A stretch of 23,165 nt of DNA from a virus. Taxonomy: Duplodnaviria; Heunggongvirae; Uroviricota; Caudoviricetes. Shown here piece after piece: positions 8,417 to 18,098 of the stretch. The notes below the pieces were generated by a model that was not told the DNA's origin, ran no database searches, and saw nothing but the letters and a program-made list of their open reading frames with translations. The stretch lies in IMG/VR virus record IMGVR_UViG_2585427789_000019, one strand, 5' to 3'. How positions within the stretch are numbered: position 1 is the first letter of the stretch; every line of letters begins with the position of its first letter. The translations under genes and the position numbers were made by a program.

Positions 8417-8518
8417 ATGCGCACATACAATCCAAACTCTCTTCTCCCTTCACAGATGCAGAAATGCACCTGCAATTCTTTGCATCTAGCGTTTGACCTC
8501 TGCGGAGGTGAAGCGTGA
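8417..8518 (+). CDS. ylcH: Small nin-region protein YlcH (33 aa)
   Basis: ATG at 8417; [33 protein letters not shown]; stop overlaps the ybcN GTG start. Recognised from DLP12 gene order as I recall it. Confidence 0.55.
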
Positions 8519-8970
8519 ACCTCTCACAAGACGGCATCAAATTACATCGCGGCAACTTCACCGCTATCGGTCGGCAGATCCAGCCTTATCTGGAGGAGGG
8601 CAAATGCTTTCGCATGGTGCTTAAACCGTGGCGTGAGAAACGCAGTCTTTCCCAGAATGCACTCAGCCACATGTGGTACAGCGAAATCAGTGAATACCTC
8701 ATCAGCAGGGGTAAAACGTTCGCCACTCCAGCTTGGGTAAAAGATGCTCTCAAACACACATATCTCGGTTATGAAACCAAAGACCTGGTTGATGTCGTAA
8801 CCGGTGATATCACCACTATCCAGTCGTTACGCCATACCTCCGACCTTGATACCGGAGAGATGTATGTCTTCCTGTGTAAGGTTGAAGCCTGGGCGATGAA
8901 TATTGGCTGCCACCTGACTATTCCGCAGAGCTGCGAGTTCCAGCTGCTGCGTGATAAGCAGGAGGCGTAA
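8515..8970 (+). CDS. ybcN: YbcN (nin-region protein, reported DNA base-flipping activity)
   Basis: 151 aa from the GTG at 8515 ([61 protein letters not shown]...), in the expected position before ninE. Confidence 0.8.
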
Positions 8971-9140
8971 TGGCTACACCGCTTATTCGTGTCATGAACG
9001 GACACATCTACAAAGTACCAAATCGTCGTAAGCGTAAGCCTGAGCTGAAACCATCCGAAATACCAACACTGCTCGGATATACCGCCAGCCTGGTTGATAA
9101 AAAATGGTTGCGACTGGCAGCAAGGAGGAATCATGGCTGA
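8970..9140 (+). CDS. ninE: NinE
   Basis: 56 aa, [56 protein letters not shown]; ATG overlaps the ybcN stop. Confidence 0.85.
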   Translation: MATPLIRVMNGHIYKVPNRRKRKPELKPSEIPTLLGYTASLVDKKWLRLAARRNHG

Positions 9141-9423
9141 TTTGAGAAAAGCAGCGCGTGGTCGGGAATGCCAGGTAAGAATCCCTGGCGTATGTAATGG
9201 CAATCCTGAAACGTCTGTACTGGCACATATCCGGCTGGCTGGATTGTGCGGTACCGGTATCAAACCGCCAGACCTGATTGCCACCATTGCATGTTCTGCC
9301 TGTCACGACGAGATCGACCGTCGCACGCATTTTGTTGACGCTGGATATGCAAAAGAATGCGCGCTGGAAGGTATGGCGAGAACGCAGGTTATCTGGCTGA
9401 AAGAGGGGGTAATTAAGGCGTGA
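9133..9423 (+). CDS. ybcO: YbcO (nin-region putative nuclease, Cys/His-rich)
   Basis: 96 aa from the ATG at 9133 with ggagg Shine-Dalgarno: [67 protein letters not shown]... Confidence 0.8.
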   Translation: MADLRKAARGRECQVRIPGVCNGNPETSVLAHIRLAGLCGTGIKPPDLIATIACSACHDEIDRRTHFVDAGYAKECALEGMARTQVIWLKEGVIKA

Positions 9424-9782
9424 ATACCTACAATATCACATTACCCTGGCCGCCGAGCAATAATCGCTATTACCGCCATAATCGCGGGCGCACGCACATC
9501 AGCGCAGAGGGGCAGGCATACCGCGAAAACGTCGCCCGAATCATTAAAAACGCAATGCTGGATATCGGCCTGGCTATGCCTGTGAAAATCCGCATTGAGT
9601 GTCACATGCCGGATCGCCGTCGCCGTGACCTGGATAATCTACAAAAGGCCGCTTTTGACGCACTCACCAAAGCAGGTTTCTGGCTGGATGATGCTCAGGT
9701 CGTTGATTACCGCGTTGTGAAGATGCCGGTTGTCAAAGGTGGAAAGCTGGAACTGACCATCACTGAACAGGGAGATGAATGA
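9420..9782 (+). CDS. rusA: Holliday-junction resolvase RusA
   Basis: 120 aa from the GTG at 9420 ([97 protein letters not shown]...) with RusA catalytic Asp residues. Confidence 0.9.
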   Translation: MNTYNITLPWPPSNNRYYRHNRGRTHISAEGQAYRENVARIIKNAMLDIGLAMPVKIRIECHMPDRRRRDLDNLQKAAFDALTKAGFWLDDAQVVDYRVVKMPVVKGGKLELTITEQGDE

Positions 9783-9919
9783 TGTTTGAGTTTTATATGG
9801 CAGAACTTCTTCGCCACCGCTGGATGCGCCTGCGCTTATATCGTTTCCCCGGTTCTGTTTTGACCGATTACCGAATACTGAAGAATTACGCCAAAACACT
9901 GACAGGAGCAGGAGTATGA
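9779..9919 (+). CDS. ylcG: Small nin-region protein YlcG (46 aa)
   Basis: [46 protein letters not shown]; ATG overlaps the rusA stop. Confidence 0.55.
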   Translation: MMFEFYMAELLRHRWMRLRLYRFPGSVLTDYRILKNYAKTLTGAGV

Positions 9920-10004
9920 AGTCAGAGATAACAATCAACTAATACTGTTTTGTTGATTTTTGCTTGTAATTGGCGTTCTGGTCTGAGTTTTGTGGAGTAA
10001 GTTG

Positions 10005-10388
10005 ATGCGTGATATTCAGATGGTTCTTGAGCGTTGGGGAGCGTGGGCGGCTAATAATCATGAAGATGTGACCTGGTCGTCCATTGCCGCCGGTTTTAAG
10101 GGATTAATTCCTTCAAAAGTAAAATCTCGCCCACAATGTTGTGACGATGACGCGATGATCATTTGCGGGTGCATGGCCCGTCTGAAAAAGAACAACAGCG
10201 ATTTGCATGATTTATTAGTAGATTATTATGTAGTCGGTATGACATTCATGTCACTGGCAGGTAAGCATTGCTGCTCTGATGGTTATATCGGGAAAAGGTT
10301 ACAGAAGGCTGAGGGCATAATTGAAGGGATGTTAATGGCATTAGATATCCGGTTAGAGATGGATATCGTTGTTAATAACTCTAATTAA
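10005..10388 (+). CDS. quuD: Q-like late-gene antiterminator
   Basis: 127 aa from the ATG at 10005 (ggag Shine-Dalgarno at 9994): [62 protein letters not shown]..., Cys-rich zinc-binding region typical of Q proteins, positioned after the nin region. Confidence 0.85.
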   Translation: MRDIQMVLERWGAWAANNHEDVTWSSIAAGFKGLIPSKVKSRPQCCDDDAMIICGCMARLKKNNSDLHDLLVDYYVVGMTFMSLAGKHCCSDGYIGKRLQKAEGIIEGMLMALDIRLEMDIVVNNSN

Positions 10389-10421
10389 TATGCCAATTGT
10401 TTACTAAAAATTATTAAAAAT

Positions 10422-10450
10422 GGGGCGTTGAGACGCCCCCAAAAATAAAG
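10422..10450 (-). terminator. Intrinsic terminator for the minus strand (likely nmpC)
   Basis: Perfect 7-bp GC stem ggggcgt/acgcccc (10422..10439, loop tgag); on the minus strand it is followed by AUUUUUAAUAAUUUUU. Confidence 0.55.
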
Positions 10451-10527
10451 GGTAATATATAACAGAAGGTTTATATAGTTAGAAGCAAGGTTGTGCTTCT
10501 AAAGGAAGTGGCTTGAGGGAGCCACTT

Positions 10528-10567
10528 ATATGTTGGGGAGGCAAAGCCTCCCGCAACATATCTTTTT
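10528..10567 (+). terminator. Intrinsic terminator for the plus strand (candidate tR'-like terminator downstream of quuD)
   Basis: Long hairpin atatgttggggaggc-aaa-gcctcccgcaacatat (10528..10561) followed by cttttt. Confidence 0.55.
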
Positions 10568-10577
10568 CGTAATCAGA

Positions 10578-11660
10578 TTAGAACTGATACACCAGACCTA
10601 CAGCGACGATGTCGTCGGTATCAATACCAGCTGTTTTGGTAAACTTACTATCGTCAATTAAGTTGATTTTGTAATCAACAAAAGTGGACATGTTTTTATT
10701 AAAGTAGTAAGTAGCACCGACATCGACATACTTGACTAAGTCTCGGTCACCATGAACACCAAGGTCTTTACCTTTTGACTGAAGGTAAGCAACAGATGGT
10801 CGCAGACCGAAGTCAAACTGATATTGTGCTACTGCTTCAAAGTTTTGTGCTTTGTTTGCAATATGGTTATTACCAAAAACGGTCATATTCTGAGTTTCAG
10901 AATATGTGGTAGCCAGATAGATATTGTTCGCATCATATTTCAGGCCTGCAGCCCATACTTCCGCATTTTTGCCGGAGGCATTGAATTTGCTCTTACCATA
11001 GGCGACCTGACCGTCAGTGCGATCTGATTTAGCATAGGTTGCACCCACGCCGAATCCTTCATACTCATAAGTAGTGGAGAAACCGAAACCATCACCATTG
11101 GCTTCAGTTACGTCAGTGCGGTCATTTTTACCCTGATACTGAGCAGCAAAGTTCAGGCCATCGACCAGACCAAAGAAGTCGTTGTTACGATAGGTTGCAA
11201 CACCAGTGGTGCGACCAGTCATGAACACATCTGTTTGGGTCCAGGTATCGCCACCGAATTCTGGCAGAACGTCAGTCCACGCACCGATGTCGTATGCTAC
11301 ACCGTAGTTACGGCCGTAATCGATTGAGCCGTAGTCACCGAATTTCAGGCCTGCAAATGCAAGACGGGTTTTGTCTTTGGAGGAACCTTGAGATTCAGCG
11401 CGGTTGCCTTTGAATTCATATTCCCACTGACCGAAACCAGTCAGTTGATCGTTGATTTGGGTTTCACCTTTGAAGCCAAGACGGGCATAAGTAGTATCAC
11501 CATCATCTGCATCGTTAGAGGAAAAGTAGTGCTTGGCATTAACTTTCCCGTACAGATCCAGCTTGTTACTGTCTTTATTATAAATTTCAGCTGCCTGAGC
11601 AGACATCGCCATCAGTACTGATGCAGCTACAGCAGAAATTGCCACTGTTAATTTTTTCAT
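10578..11660 (-). CDS. nmpC: OmpC/OmpF-family outer-membrane porin (NmpC-type), apparently intact
   Basis: 360 aa with signal peptide ([23 protein letters not shown]), porin beta-strand pattern and C-terminal ...VGLVYQF; uninterrupted reading frame. Confidence 0.9.
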   Translation of the reverse strand: MKKLTVAISAVAASVLMAMSAQAAEIYNKDSNKLDLYGKVNAKHYFSSNDADDGDTTYARLGFKGETQINDQLTGFGQWEYEFKGNRAESQGSSKDKTRLAFAGLKFGDYGSIDYGRNYGVAYDIGAWTDVLPEFGGDTWTQTDVFMTGRTTGVATYRNNDFFGLVDGLNFAAQYQGKNDRTDVTEANGDGFGFSTTYEYEGFGVGATYAKSDRTDGQVAYGKSKFNASGKNAEVWAAGLKYDANNIYLATTYSETQNMTVFGNNHIANKAQNFEAVAQYQFDFGLRPSVAYLQSKGKDLGVHGDRDLVKYVDVGATYYFNKNMSTFVDYKINLIDDSKFTKTAGIDTDDIVAVGLVYQF

Positions 11661-12248
11661 CGTGAGCCCTTTTTTTTGAACTATTATTAAAAAATGATGT
11701 CACTGCGCGATAAATATTCATCTAATCAATGTGATTATTTCAAGATGTAAGTTTTAGTTTCTCATTTAATTTGTGAAGTAGATCTCTATTTTTATCTGAA
11801 CTTTTTCTATCGAAACCTATTTATGGCTCTTATTTGAACAAAAATAAACCTATTAGCTAATTTATATTAATGGCTGTTATTTATGGGGGTTCTATAATTC
11901 AGTGGTTTAATTTAAATCAACCAAAAATAACGCCGGAAATTATTTATTGGTTATTTGTTGAGGTTTTCTTATATATTTGTGGTGGTGTTTTGAACACTCG
12001 GTAGCATTCTCATAAATATCATTCAGTGGTTTACGTACGTAAAAAATTGGTTATGCTGTTAAGAGTGGTTACTTCGTCACACAGCTTAAACCCGCCGTCG
12101 AGCTGGTTTTTCCATTTTTTGAGTCTCGATATTAGCTGATAACTCAATACCTGAGTTATTCACTGACTCCGAGTCTGTTACGTTTCTGCTTTTTTGCGAT
12201 ACGTTGTATTCCCTCAATTTACACCCGCTTTGTCTGCGAGGTGGGGTT

Positions 12249-12464
12249 ATGAAATCCATGGATAAGTTAACAACGGGTGTCGCCTATGGCACCTCAGCAG
12301 GTAGTGCCGGTTACTGGTTTTTACAGCTGCTCGATAAAGTCACGCCCTCACAGTGGGCAGCAATAGGTGTGCTGGGTAGCCTGGTATTTGGCCTGCTGAC
12401 GTACCTGACAAACCTTTATTTCAAGATTAAAGAAGATAAGCGCAAGGCTGCGAGAGGTGAATAA
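12249..12464 (+). CDS. essD: Holin (phage 21 S-type pinholin)
   Basis: 71 aa from the ATG at 12249: [71 protein letters not shown]; two TM segments, immediately before the endolysin. Confidence 0.85.
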
Positions 12465-12961
12465 TGCCTCCATCATTACGAAAAGCCGTTGCTGCTGCTA
12501 TTGGTGGCGGAGCAATTGCTATAGCATCAGTGTTAATCACTGGCCCAAGTGGTAACGATGGTCTGGAAGGTGTCAGCTACATACCATACAAAGATATTGT
12601 TGGTGTATGGACTGTATGTCACGGGCATACAGGAAAAGACATCATGCTCGGTAAAACGTATACCAAAGCAGAATGCAAAGCCCTCCTGAATAAAGACCTT
12701 GCCACGGTCGCCAGACAAATTAACCCGTACATAAAAGTTGATATACCGGAAACAACGCGCGGCGCTCTTTACTCGTTCGTTTACAACGTGGGCGCTGGCA
12801 ATTTCAGAACATCGACGCTTCTTCGCAAAATAAACCAGGGCGATATCAAAGGCGCATGTGATCAGCTACGTCGCTGGACATATGCTGGCGGTAAGCAATG
12901 GAAAGGTCTCATGACTCGTCGTGAGATTGAGCGTGAAATCTGTTTGTGGGGTCAGCAATGA
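12464..12961 (+). CDS. rrrD: SAR endolysin (T4-lysozyme-type, phage 21 R-like)
   Basis: 165 aa; N-terminal Gly/Ala-rich signal-anchor-release segment ([20 protein letters not shown]) followed by a lysozyme catalytic region. Confidence 0.9.
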   Translation: MPPSLRKAVAAAIGGGAIAIASVLITGPSGNDGLEGVSYIPYKDIVGVWTVCHGHTGKDIMLGKTYTKAECKALLNKDLATVARQINPYIKVDIPETTRGALYSFVYNVGAGNFRTSTLLRKINQGDIKGACDQLRRWTYAGGKQWKGLMTRREIEREICLWGQQ

Positions 12962-13419
12962 ACAGAGTAACCGCGATTATCTCCGCTCTGGTTATCTGCA
13001 TCATCGTCTGCCTGTCATGGGCTGTTAATCATTACCGTGATAACGCCATTACCTACAAAGCCCAGCGCGACAAAAATGCCAGAGAACTGAAGCTGGCGAA
13101 CGCGGCAATTACTGACATGCAGATGCGCCAGCGTGATGTTGCTGCACTGGATGAAAAATACACGAAGGAGTTAGCTAATGCGAAAGCTGAAAATGATGCT
13201 CTGCGTGATGATGTTGCCGCTGGTCGTCGTCGGTTGCACATCAAAGCAGTCTGTCAGTCAGTGCGTGAAGCCACCACCGCCTCCGGCGTGGATAATGCAG
13301 CCTCCCCCCGACTGGCAGACACCGCTGAACGGGATTATTTCACCCTCAGAGAGAGGCTGATCACTATGCAAAAACAACTGGAAGGAACCCAGAAGTATAT
13401 TAATGAGCAGTGCAGATAG
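12958..13419 (+). CDS. rzpD: Spanin, inner-membrane subunit (Rz)
   Basis: 153 aa from the ATG at 12958 (overlaps the rrrD stop); N-terminal TM helix then a coiled-coil periplasmic domain. Confidence 0.85.
   Translation: MNRVTAIISALVICIIVCLSWAVNHYRDNAITYKAQRDKNARELKLANAAITDMQMRQRDVAALDEKYTKELANAKAENDALRDDVAAGRRRLHIKAVCQSVREATTASGVDNAASPRLADTAERDYFTLRERLITMQKQLEGTQKYINEQCR
13178..13360 (+). CDS. rzoD: Spanin, outer-membrane lipoprotein subunit (Rz1), embedded in rzpD in the +1 frame
   Basis: 60 aa, [24 protein letters not shown]... lipobox LVVVGC and proline-rich C-terminus ([15 protein letters not shown]). Confidence 0.8.
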   Translation: MRKLKMMLCVMMLPLVVVGCTSKQSVSQCVKPPPPPAWIMQPPPDWQTPLNGIISPSERG

Positions 13420-13450
13420 AGCTGCCCATATCGATGGGCAACTCATGCAA

Positions 13451-13744
13451 TTATTGTGAGCAATACACACGCGCTTCCAGCGGAGTATAAATGCCTAAAG
13501 TAATAAAACCGAGCAATCCATTTACGAATGTTTGCTGGGTTTCTGTTTTAACAACATTTTCTGCGCCGCCACAAATTTTGGCTGCATCAACAGTTTTCTC
13601 CTGTCCAATTCCCGAAACGAAGAAGTGATGGGTGATGGTTTCCTTTGGTGTTACTGCTGTCGGTTTGTTTCCAACAGTAAACGTCTGTTGAGCACATCCT
13701 GTAATAAGCATTGCCAGAGCGGCAGAAAACAACATTTTTTTCAT
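13451..13744 (-). CDS. borD: Bor lipoprotein (serum-resistance family)
   Basis: 97 aa from the ATG at 13744: MKKMLFSAALAMLITGCAQQTFTVGNKPTAVTPKETITHHFFVSGIGQEKTVDAAKICGGAENVVKTETQQTFVNGLLGFITLGIYTPLEARVYCSQ; lipobox ITGC. Confidence 0.9.
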   Translation of the reverse strand: MKKMLFSAALAMLITGCAQQTFTVGNKPTAVTPKETITHHFFVSGIGQEKTVDAAKICGGAENVVKTETQQTFVNGLLGFITLGIYTPLEARVYCSQ

Positions 13745-14105
13745 CTTATTATCCTGCATTGTTAAAAACGGCAGAATCCTATGTGACAAAAATTAAACGA
13801 TAGTTAAATGGATTGATGAAAATTAAAACTATATAGGTGGATGCTCAGCCTATTGGAGGAGGGGGGGGCACTCAGAATCCTGTGGAATGAAATAAACCGC
13901 TCTTTCTGTCCATTACCCTTTTAGCTGCGCTGTATCGTCGCCGTATTCCCGCATTAACCATGACCGTAGCCCGACGGGGAATTCCTTCTGCGTGAGTGTG
14001 CGGGAATAATCAAAAACGATGCACACCGGGTTTTACTGTGCTGACAGACGCAGGGTTACCCTCATAGTCGCTTTTCCGGTGCGATGGTGGAAGAAACCGG
14101 GATGT

Positions 14106-14300
14106 TTATTCATCATCACTCTGGATTGATGTATATGCTCTCTTTTCTGACGTTAGTCTCCGACGGCAGGCTTCAATGACCCAGGCTGAGAAATTCCCAG
14201 ACCCTTTTTGCTCAAGAGCGATGTTAATTTGTTCAATCATTTGGTTAGGAAAGCGGATGTTGCGGGTTGTTGTTCTGCGGGTTCTGTTCTTAGTTGACAT
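14106..14300 (-). CDS. ylcI: Small ribbon-helix-helix-like protein (YlcI-like, 64 aa)
   Basis: MSTKNRTRRTTTRNIRFPNQMIEQINIALEQKGSGNFSAWVIEACRRRLTSEKRAYTSIQSDDE; basic N-terminus and RHH-like pattern. Gene symbol assigned from position and size as I recall them. Confidence 0.55.
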   Translation of the reverse strand: MSTKNRTRRTTTRNIRFPNQMIEQINIALEQKGSGNFSAWVIEACRRRLTSEKRAYTSIQSDDE

Positions 14301-14464
14301 GAGGTTGCCCCGTATTCAGTGTCGCTGATTTGTATTGTCTGAAGTTGTTTTTACGTTAAGTTGATGCAGATCAATTAATACGATACCTGCGTCATAATTG
14401 ATTATTTGACGTGGTTTGATGGCGTAGATGCACGTTGTGACATGTAGATGATAATTATTATCAT

Positions 14465-14690
14465 TTTGCGGGTCCTTTCCGGCGATCCGACAGGTTACGG
14501 GGCGGCGACCTCGCGGGTTTTCGCTATTTATGAAAATTTTCCGGTTTAAGGCATTTCCGTTCTTCTTCGTCGTAACTTAATGTTTTTATTTAAAATACCC
14601 CCTGAAAAGAAAGGAAACGACAGGTGCTGAAAACGAGCTTTTGGGCCTCTGTCGTTTCCTTTCTCTGTTTTTGGCCGTGGAATGAACAAT
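14465..14690. other. Lambda-type cohesive end site (cosQ-cosN-cosB)
   Basis: cgatccgacaggttacg followed by GGGCGGCGACCT (cosN, 14499..14510) and cgcgggttttcgctatttatgaaaattttccggtttaagg..., near-identical to the lambda right-end/left-end junction as I recall it, running into the Nu1 start. Confidence 0.75.
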
Positions 14691-15264
14691 GGAAGTCAAC
14701 AAAAAGCAGCTGGCTGACATTTTCGGTGCGAGTATCCGTACCATTCAGAACTGGCAGGAACAGGGAATGCCCGTTCTGCGAGGCGGTGGCAAGGGTAATG
14801 AGGTGCTTTATGACTCTGCCGCCGTTATAAGATGGTATGCCGAAAGGGATGCTGAAATTGAGAACGAAAAGCTGCGCCGGGAAGTTGAAGAACTGCGGCA
14901 GGCCAGCGAGACAGATCTCCAGCCAGGGACTATTGAGTACGAACGCCATCGACTTACGCGTGCGCAGGCCGACGCACAGGAGCTGAAAAATGCCAGAGAC
15001 TCCGCTGAAGTGGTGGAAACCGCATTCTGTACTTTCGTGCTGTCGCGGATCGCAGGTGAAATTGCCAGTATTCTCGACGGGATCCCCCTGTCGGTGCAGC
15101 GGCGTTTTCCGGAACTGGAAAACCGACATGTTGATTTCCTGAAACGGGATATCATCAAAGCCATGAACAAAGCAGCCGCGCTGGATGAACTGATACCCGA
15201 ACACGGCACTGGTCGGCGTGCAGGTGGACTCGGAGCAGTTCGGCAGCCAGCAGGTGAGCCGTAA
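14689..15264 (+). CDS. nohD: Terminase small subunit (Nu1 homologue) with a non-native C-terminal tail from a deletion junction
   Basis: [71 protein letters not shown]... matches lambda Nu1 through ...[14 protein letters not shown], then diverges ([21 protein letters not shown]) as the frame runs into J-derived DNA. Confidence 0.8.
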   Translation: MEVNKKQLADIFGASIRTIQNWQEQGMPVLRGGGKGNEVLYDSAAVIRWYAERDAEIENEKLRREVEELRQASETDLQPGTIEYERHRLTRAQADAQELKNARDSAEVVETAFCTFVLSRIAGEIASILDGIPLSVQRRFPELENRHVDFLKRDIIKAMNKAAALDELIPEHGTGRRAGGLGAVRQPAGEP

Positions 15265-18040
15265 TTATCATCTTCGCGGGCGCATTCTGCAGGTGCCGTC
15301 GAACTATAACCCGCAGACGCGGCAATACAGCGGTATCTGGGACGGAACGTTTAAGCCGGCATACAGCAACAACCCGGCCTGGTGTCTGTGGGATATGCTG
15401 ACCCACCCGCGCTACGGCATGGGGAAACGTCTTGGTGCGGCGGATGTGGATAAATGGGCGCTGTATGTCATCGGCCAGTACTGCGACCAGTCAGTGCCGG
15501 ACGGTTTTGGCGGCACGGAGCCGCGCATCACCTGTAATGCCTACCTGACCACGCAGCGTAAGGCGTGGGATGTGCTCAGTGATTTCTGCTCGGCGATGCG
15601 CTGTATGCCGGTATGGAACGGGCAGACGCTGACGTTCGTGCAGGACCGACCATCAGATAAGGTGTGGACCTATAACCGCAGTAATGTGGTGATGCCGGAT
15701 GATGGCGCGCCGTTCCGCTACAGCTTCAGCGCCCTGAAGGACCGCCATAATGCCGTTGAGGTGAACTGGATTGACCCGAATAACGGCTGGGAGACGGCGA
15801 CAGAGCTTGTTGAAGATACGCAGGCCATTCTCCGTTACGGTCGTAACGTCACGAAGATGGATGCCTTTGGCTGTACCAGCCGGGGGCAGGCACACCGCGC
15901 CGGGCTGTGGCTGATTAAAACGGAGCTGCTGGAAACGCAGACCGTGGACTTCAGCGTGGGTGCCGAAGGGCTTCGCCATGTACCGGGCGATGTCATTGAA
16001 ATCTGCGATGATGACTATGCCGGTATCCGCACCGGCGGGCGCGTGCTGGCGGTAAACAGCCAGACCCGGACGCTGACGCTCGACCGTGAAATCACGCTGC
16101 CATCTTCCGGCACCACGCTGATAAGCCTGGTTGACGGGCAGGGGAGTCCGGTCAGCGTGGAGGTTCAGTCCGTCACCGACGGCGTGAAGGTGAAAGTGAG
16201 CCGTGTTCCTGACGGCGTTGCTGAATACAGCGTATGGGGGCTGAAGCTGCCGACGTTGCGCCAGCGCCTGTTCCGCTGCGTGAGTATCCGTGAGAACGAC
16301 GACGGCACGTATGCCATCACCGCCGTGCAGCATGTACCGGAAAAAGAGGCCATCGTGGATAACGGGGCGCACTTTGACGGCGACCAGAGCGGCACGGTAA
16401 ATGGTGTCACGCCGCCAGCGGTGCAGCACCTGACCGCAGAAGTCACCGCAGACAGCGGGGAATACCAGGTGCTGGCCCGCTGGGATACGCCGAAGGTGGT
16501 GAAGGGCGTGAGCTTCCTGCTTCGCCTGACCGTGGCAGCGGATGACGGCCGTGAGCGACTGGTCAGCACGGCCCGGACGACGGAAACCACTTACCGCTTC
16601 ACACAACTGGCTCTGGGGAACTACAGGCTGACAGTCCGGGCAGTAAATGCGTGGGGGCAGCAGGGCGAGCCGGCGTCGGTATCGTTCCGGATTGCCGCAC
16701 CGGCAGCGCCGTCGCAGATTGAGCTGACACCGGGGTATTTTCAGATAACCGCCACGCCGCATCTTGCGGTTTATGATCCGACGGTACAGTTTGAGTTCTG
16801 GTTCTCGGAAAAGCGGATTGCGGATATCAGGCAGGTTGAAACCACAGCACGCTATCTTGGCACGGCGCTGTACTGGATAGCCGCCAGTATCAATATCAAA
16901 CCGGGCCATGATTATTATTTTTACATCCGCAGTGTGAACACCGTTGGCAAATCGGCATTCGTGGAGGCTGTTGGCCAGCCGAGTGATGATGCATCCGGCT
17001 ATCTGAATTTTTTCAAAGGAGAGATAGGGAAAACCCATCTGGCTCAGGAGTTGTGGACGCAGATTGATAACGGTCAGCTTGCGCCTGACCTGGCGGAAAT
17101 CAGAACGTCCATCACGGATGTCAGTAATGAAATCACGCAGACCGTCAATAAGAAACTGGAAGACCAGAGTGCGGCAATCCAGCAGATACAGAAGGTTCAG
17201 GTTGATACAAATAATAACCTGAACAGCATGTGGGCTGTGAAGCTGCAGCAGATGCAGGACGGACGCCTTTATATCGCGGGTATTGGTGCCGGTATTGAGA
17301 ATACCCCTGACGGTATGCAGAGTCAGGTGCTGCTGGCGGCGGACAGGATTGCGATGATTAATCCTGCGAATGGCAACACAAAGCCGATGTTTGTTGGTCA
17401 GGGCGATCAGATATTCATGAACGAAGTGTTCCTGAAATATCTGACGGCTCCCACCATTACCAGCGGCGGTAATCCTCCGGCATTTTCCCTGACACCGGAC
17501 GGGCGGCTGACGGCGAAAAATGCCGATATTAGCGGTAACGTGAATGCGAACTCCGGGACGCTCAACAACGTCACGATTAACGAGAACTGCCGGGTTCTGG
17601 GAAAACTGTCCGCGAACCAGATTGAAGGCGATCTCGTTAAAACAGTGGGCAAAGCTTTCCCCCGGGACTCCCGTGCACCGGAGCGGTGGCCATCAGGGAC
17701 CATTACCGTCAGGGTTTATGACGATCAGCCGTTTGACCGGCAAATTGTTATTCCGGCGGTGGCATTCAGTGGCGCTAAACATGAGCAAGATCATACTGAT
17801 ATCTACTCCTCATGCCGTCTGATAGTACGAAAAAACGGTGCTGAAATTTATAACCGAACGGCTCTGGATAATACGCTGATATATACGGGTGTTATTGATA
17901 TGCCTGCAGGCAGTGGTGTAATGACACTGGAATTTTCTGTATCGGCATGGCTGGTAAATGGCTGGTATCCCACAGCAAGTATCAGCGATTTGCTGGTTGT
18001 GGTGATGAAGAAAGCCACTGCAGGCATCATGATTAGCTGA
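15218..18040 (+). CDS. J: Tail-tip host-specificity protein J, N-terminally truncated fragment (about 940 codons); probably a non-functional remnant
   Basis: ...[108 protein letters not shown]... matches internal lambda J sequence as I recall it; no native N-terminus or Shine-Dalgarno, and the frame opens at the nohD junction. Confidence 0.85.
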   Translation: MQVDSEQFGSQQVSRNYHLRGRILQVPSNYNPQTRQYSGIWDGTFKPAYSNNPAWCLWDMLTHPRYGMGKRLGAADVDKWALYVIGQYCDQSVPDGFGGTEPRITCNAYLTTQRKAWDVLSDFCSAMRCMPVWNGQTLTFVQDRPSDKVWTYNRSNVVMPDDGAPFRYSFSALKDRHNAVEVNWIDPNNGWETATELVEDTQAILRYGRNVTKMDAFGCTSRGQAHRAGLWLIKTELLETQTVDFSVGAEGLRHVPGDVIEICDDDYAGIRTGGRVLAVNSQTRTLTLDREITLPSSGTTLISLVDGQGSPVSVEVQSVTDGVKVKVSRVPDGVAEYSVWGLKLPTLRQRLFRCVSIRENDDGTYAITAVQHVPEKEAIVDNGAHFDGDQSGTVNGVTPPAVQHLTAEVTADSGEYQVLARWDTPKVVKGVSFLLRLTVAADDGRERLVSTARTTETTYRFTQLALGNYRLTVRAVNAWGQQGEPASVSFRIAAPAAPSQIELTPGYFQITATPHLAVYDPTVQFEFWFSEKRIADIRQVETTARYLGTALYWIAASINIKPGHDYYFYIRSVNTVGKSAFVEAVGQPSDDASGYLNFFKGEIGKTHLAQELWTQIDNGQLAPDLAEIRTSITDVSNEITQTVNKKLEDQSAAIQQIQKVQVDTNNNLNSMWAVKLQQMQDGRLYIAGIGAGIENTPDGMQSQVLLAADRIAMINPANGNTKPMFVGQGDQIFMNEVFLKYLTAPTITSGGNPPAFSLTPDGRLTAKNADISGNVNANSGTLNNVTINENCRVLGKLSANQIEGDLVKTVGKAFPRDSRAPERWPSGTITVRVYDDQPFDRQIVIPAVAFSGAKHEQDHTDIYSSCRLIVRKNGAEIYNRTALDNTLIYTGVIDMPAGSGVMTLEFSVSAWLVNGWYPTASISDLLVVVMKKATAGIMIS

Positions 18041-18059
18041 ATTTTATAACCCAGATACG

Positions 18060-18084
18060 GGCGCCAGAAATGGCGCCTTTTTTA
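18060..18084 (+). terminator. Intrinsic terminator after J
   Basis: Stem ggcgcca/tggcgcc with loop gaaa (18060..18077) followed by tttttt. Confidence 0.6.
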
Positions 18085-18098
18085 TTTGTGGAGTGAAT

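Noticed and set aside
8542-9330. Minus-strand ORFs 8542..8757, 8769..9287 and 8992..9330 across ybcN, ninE and ybcO
   Set aside because: Antisense to three plus-strand genes with recognisable products and coupled start/stop overlaps.
14590-15209. 204-codon and 133-codon minus-strand ORFs antisense to nohD
   Set aside because: They overlap the well-supported Nu1 homologue and the cos region, with no ribosome-binding site or recognisable product.
15653-17038. 461-codon ORF on the minus strand, antisense to J (with further antisense ORFs at 16165..16590 and 15155..15406)
   Set aside because: It lies entirely inside the strongly supported J reading frame; the GC-rich J coding sequence simply lacks stop codons in antisense. 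The product is Arg/Pro/Cys-rich and low-complexity with no start signals.
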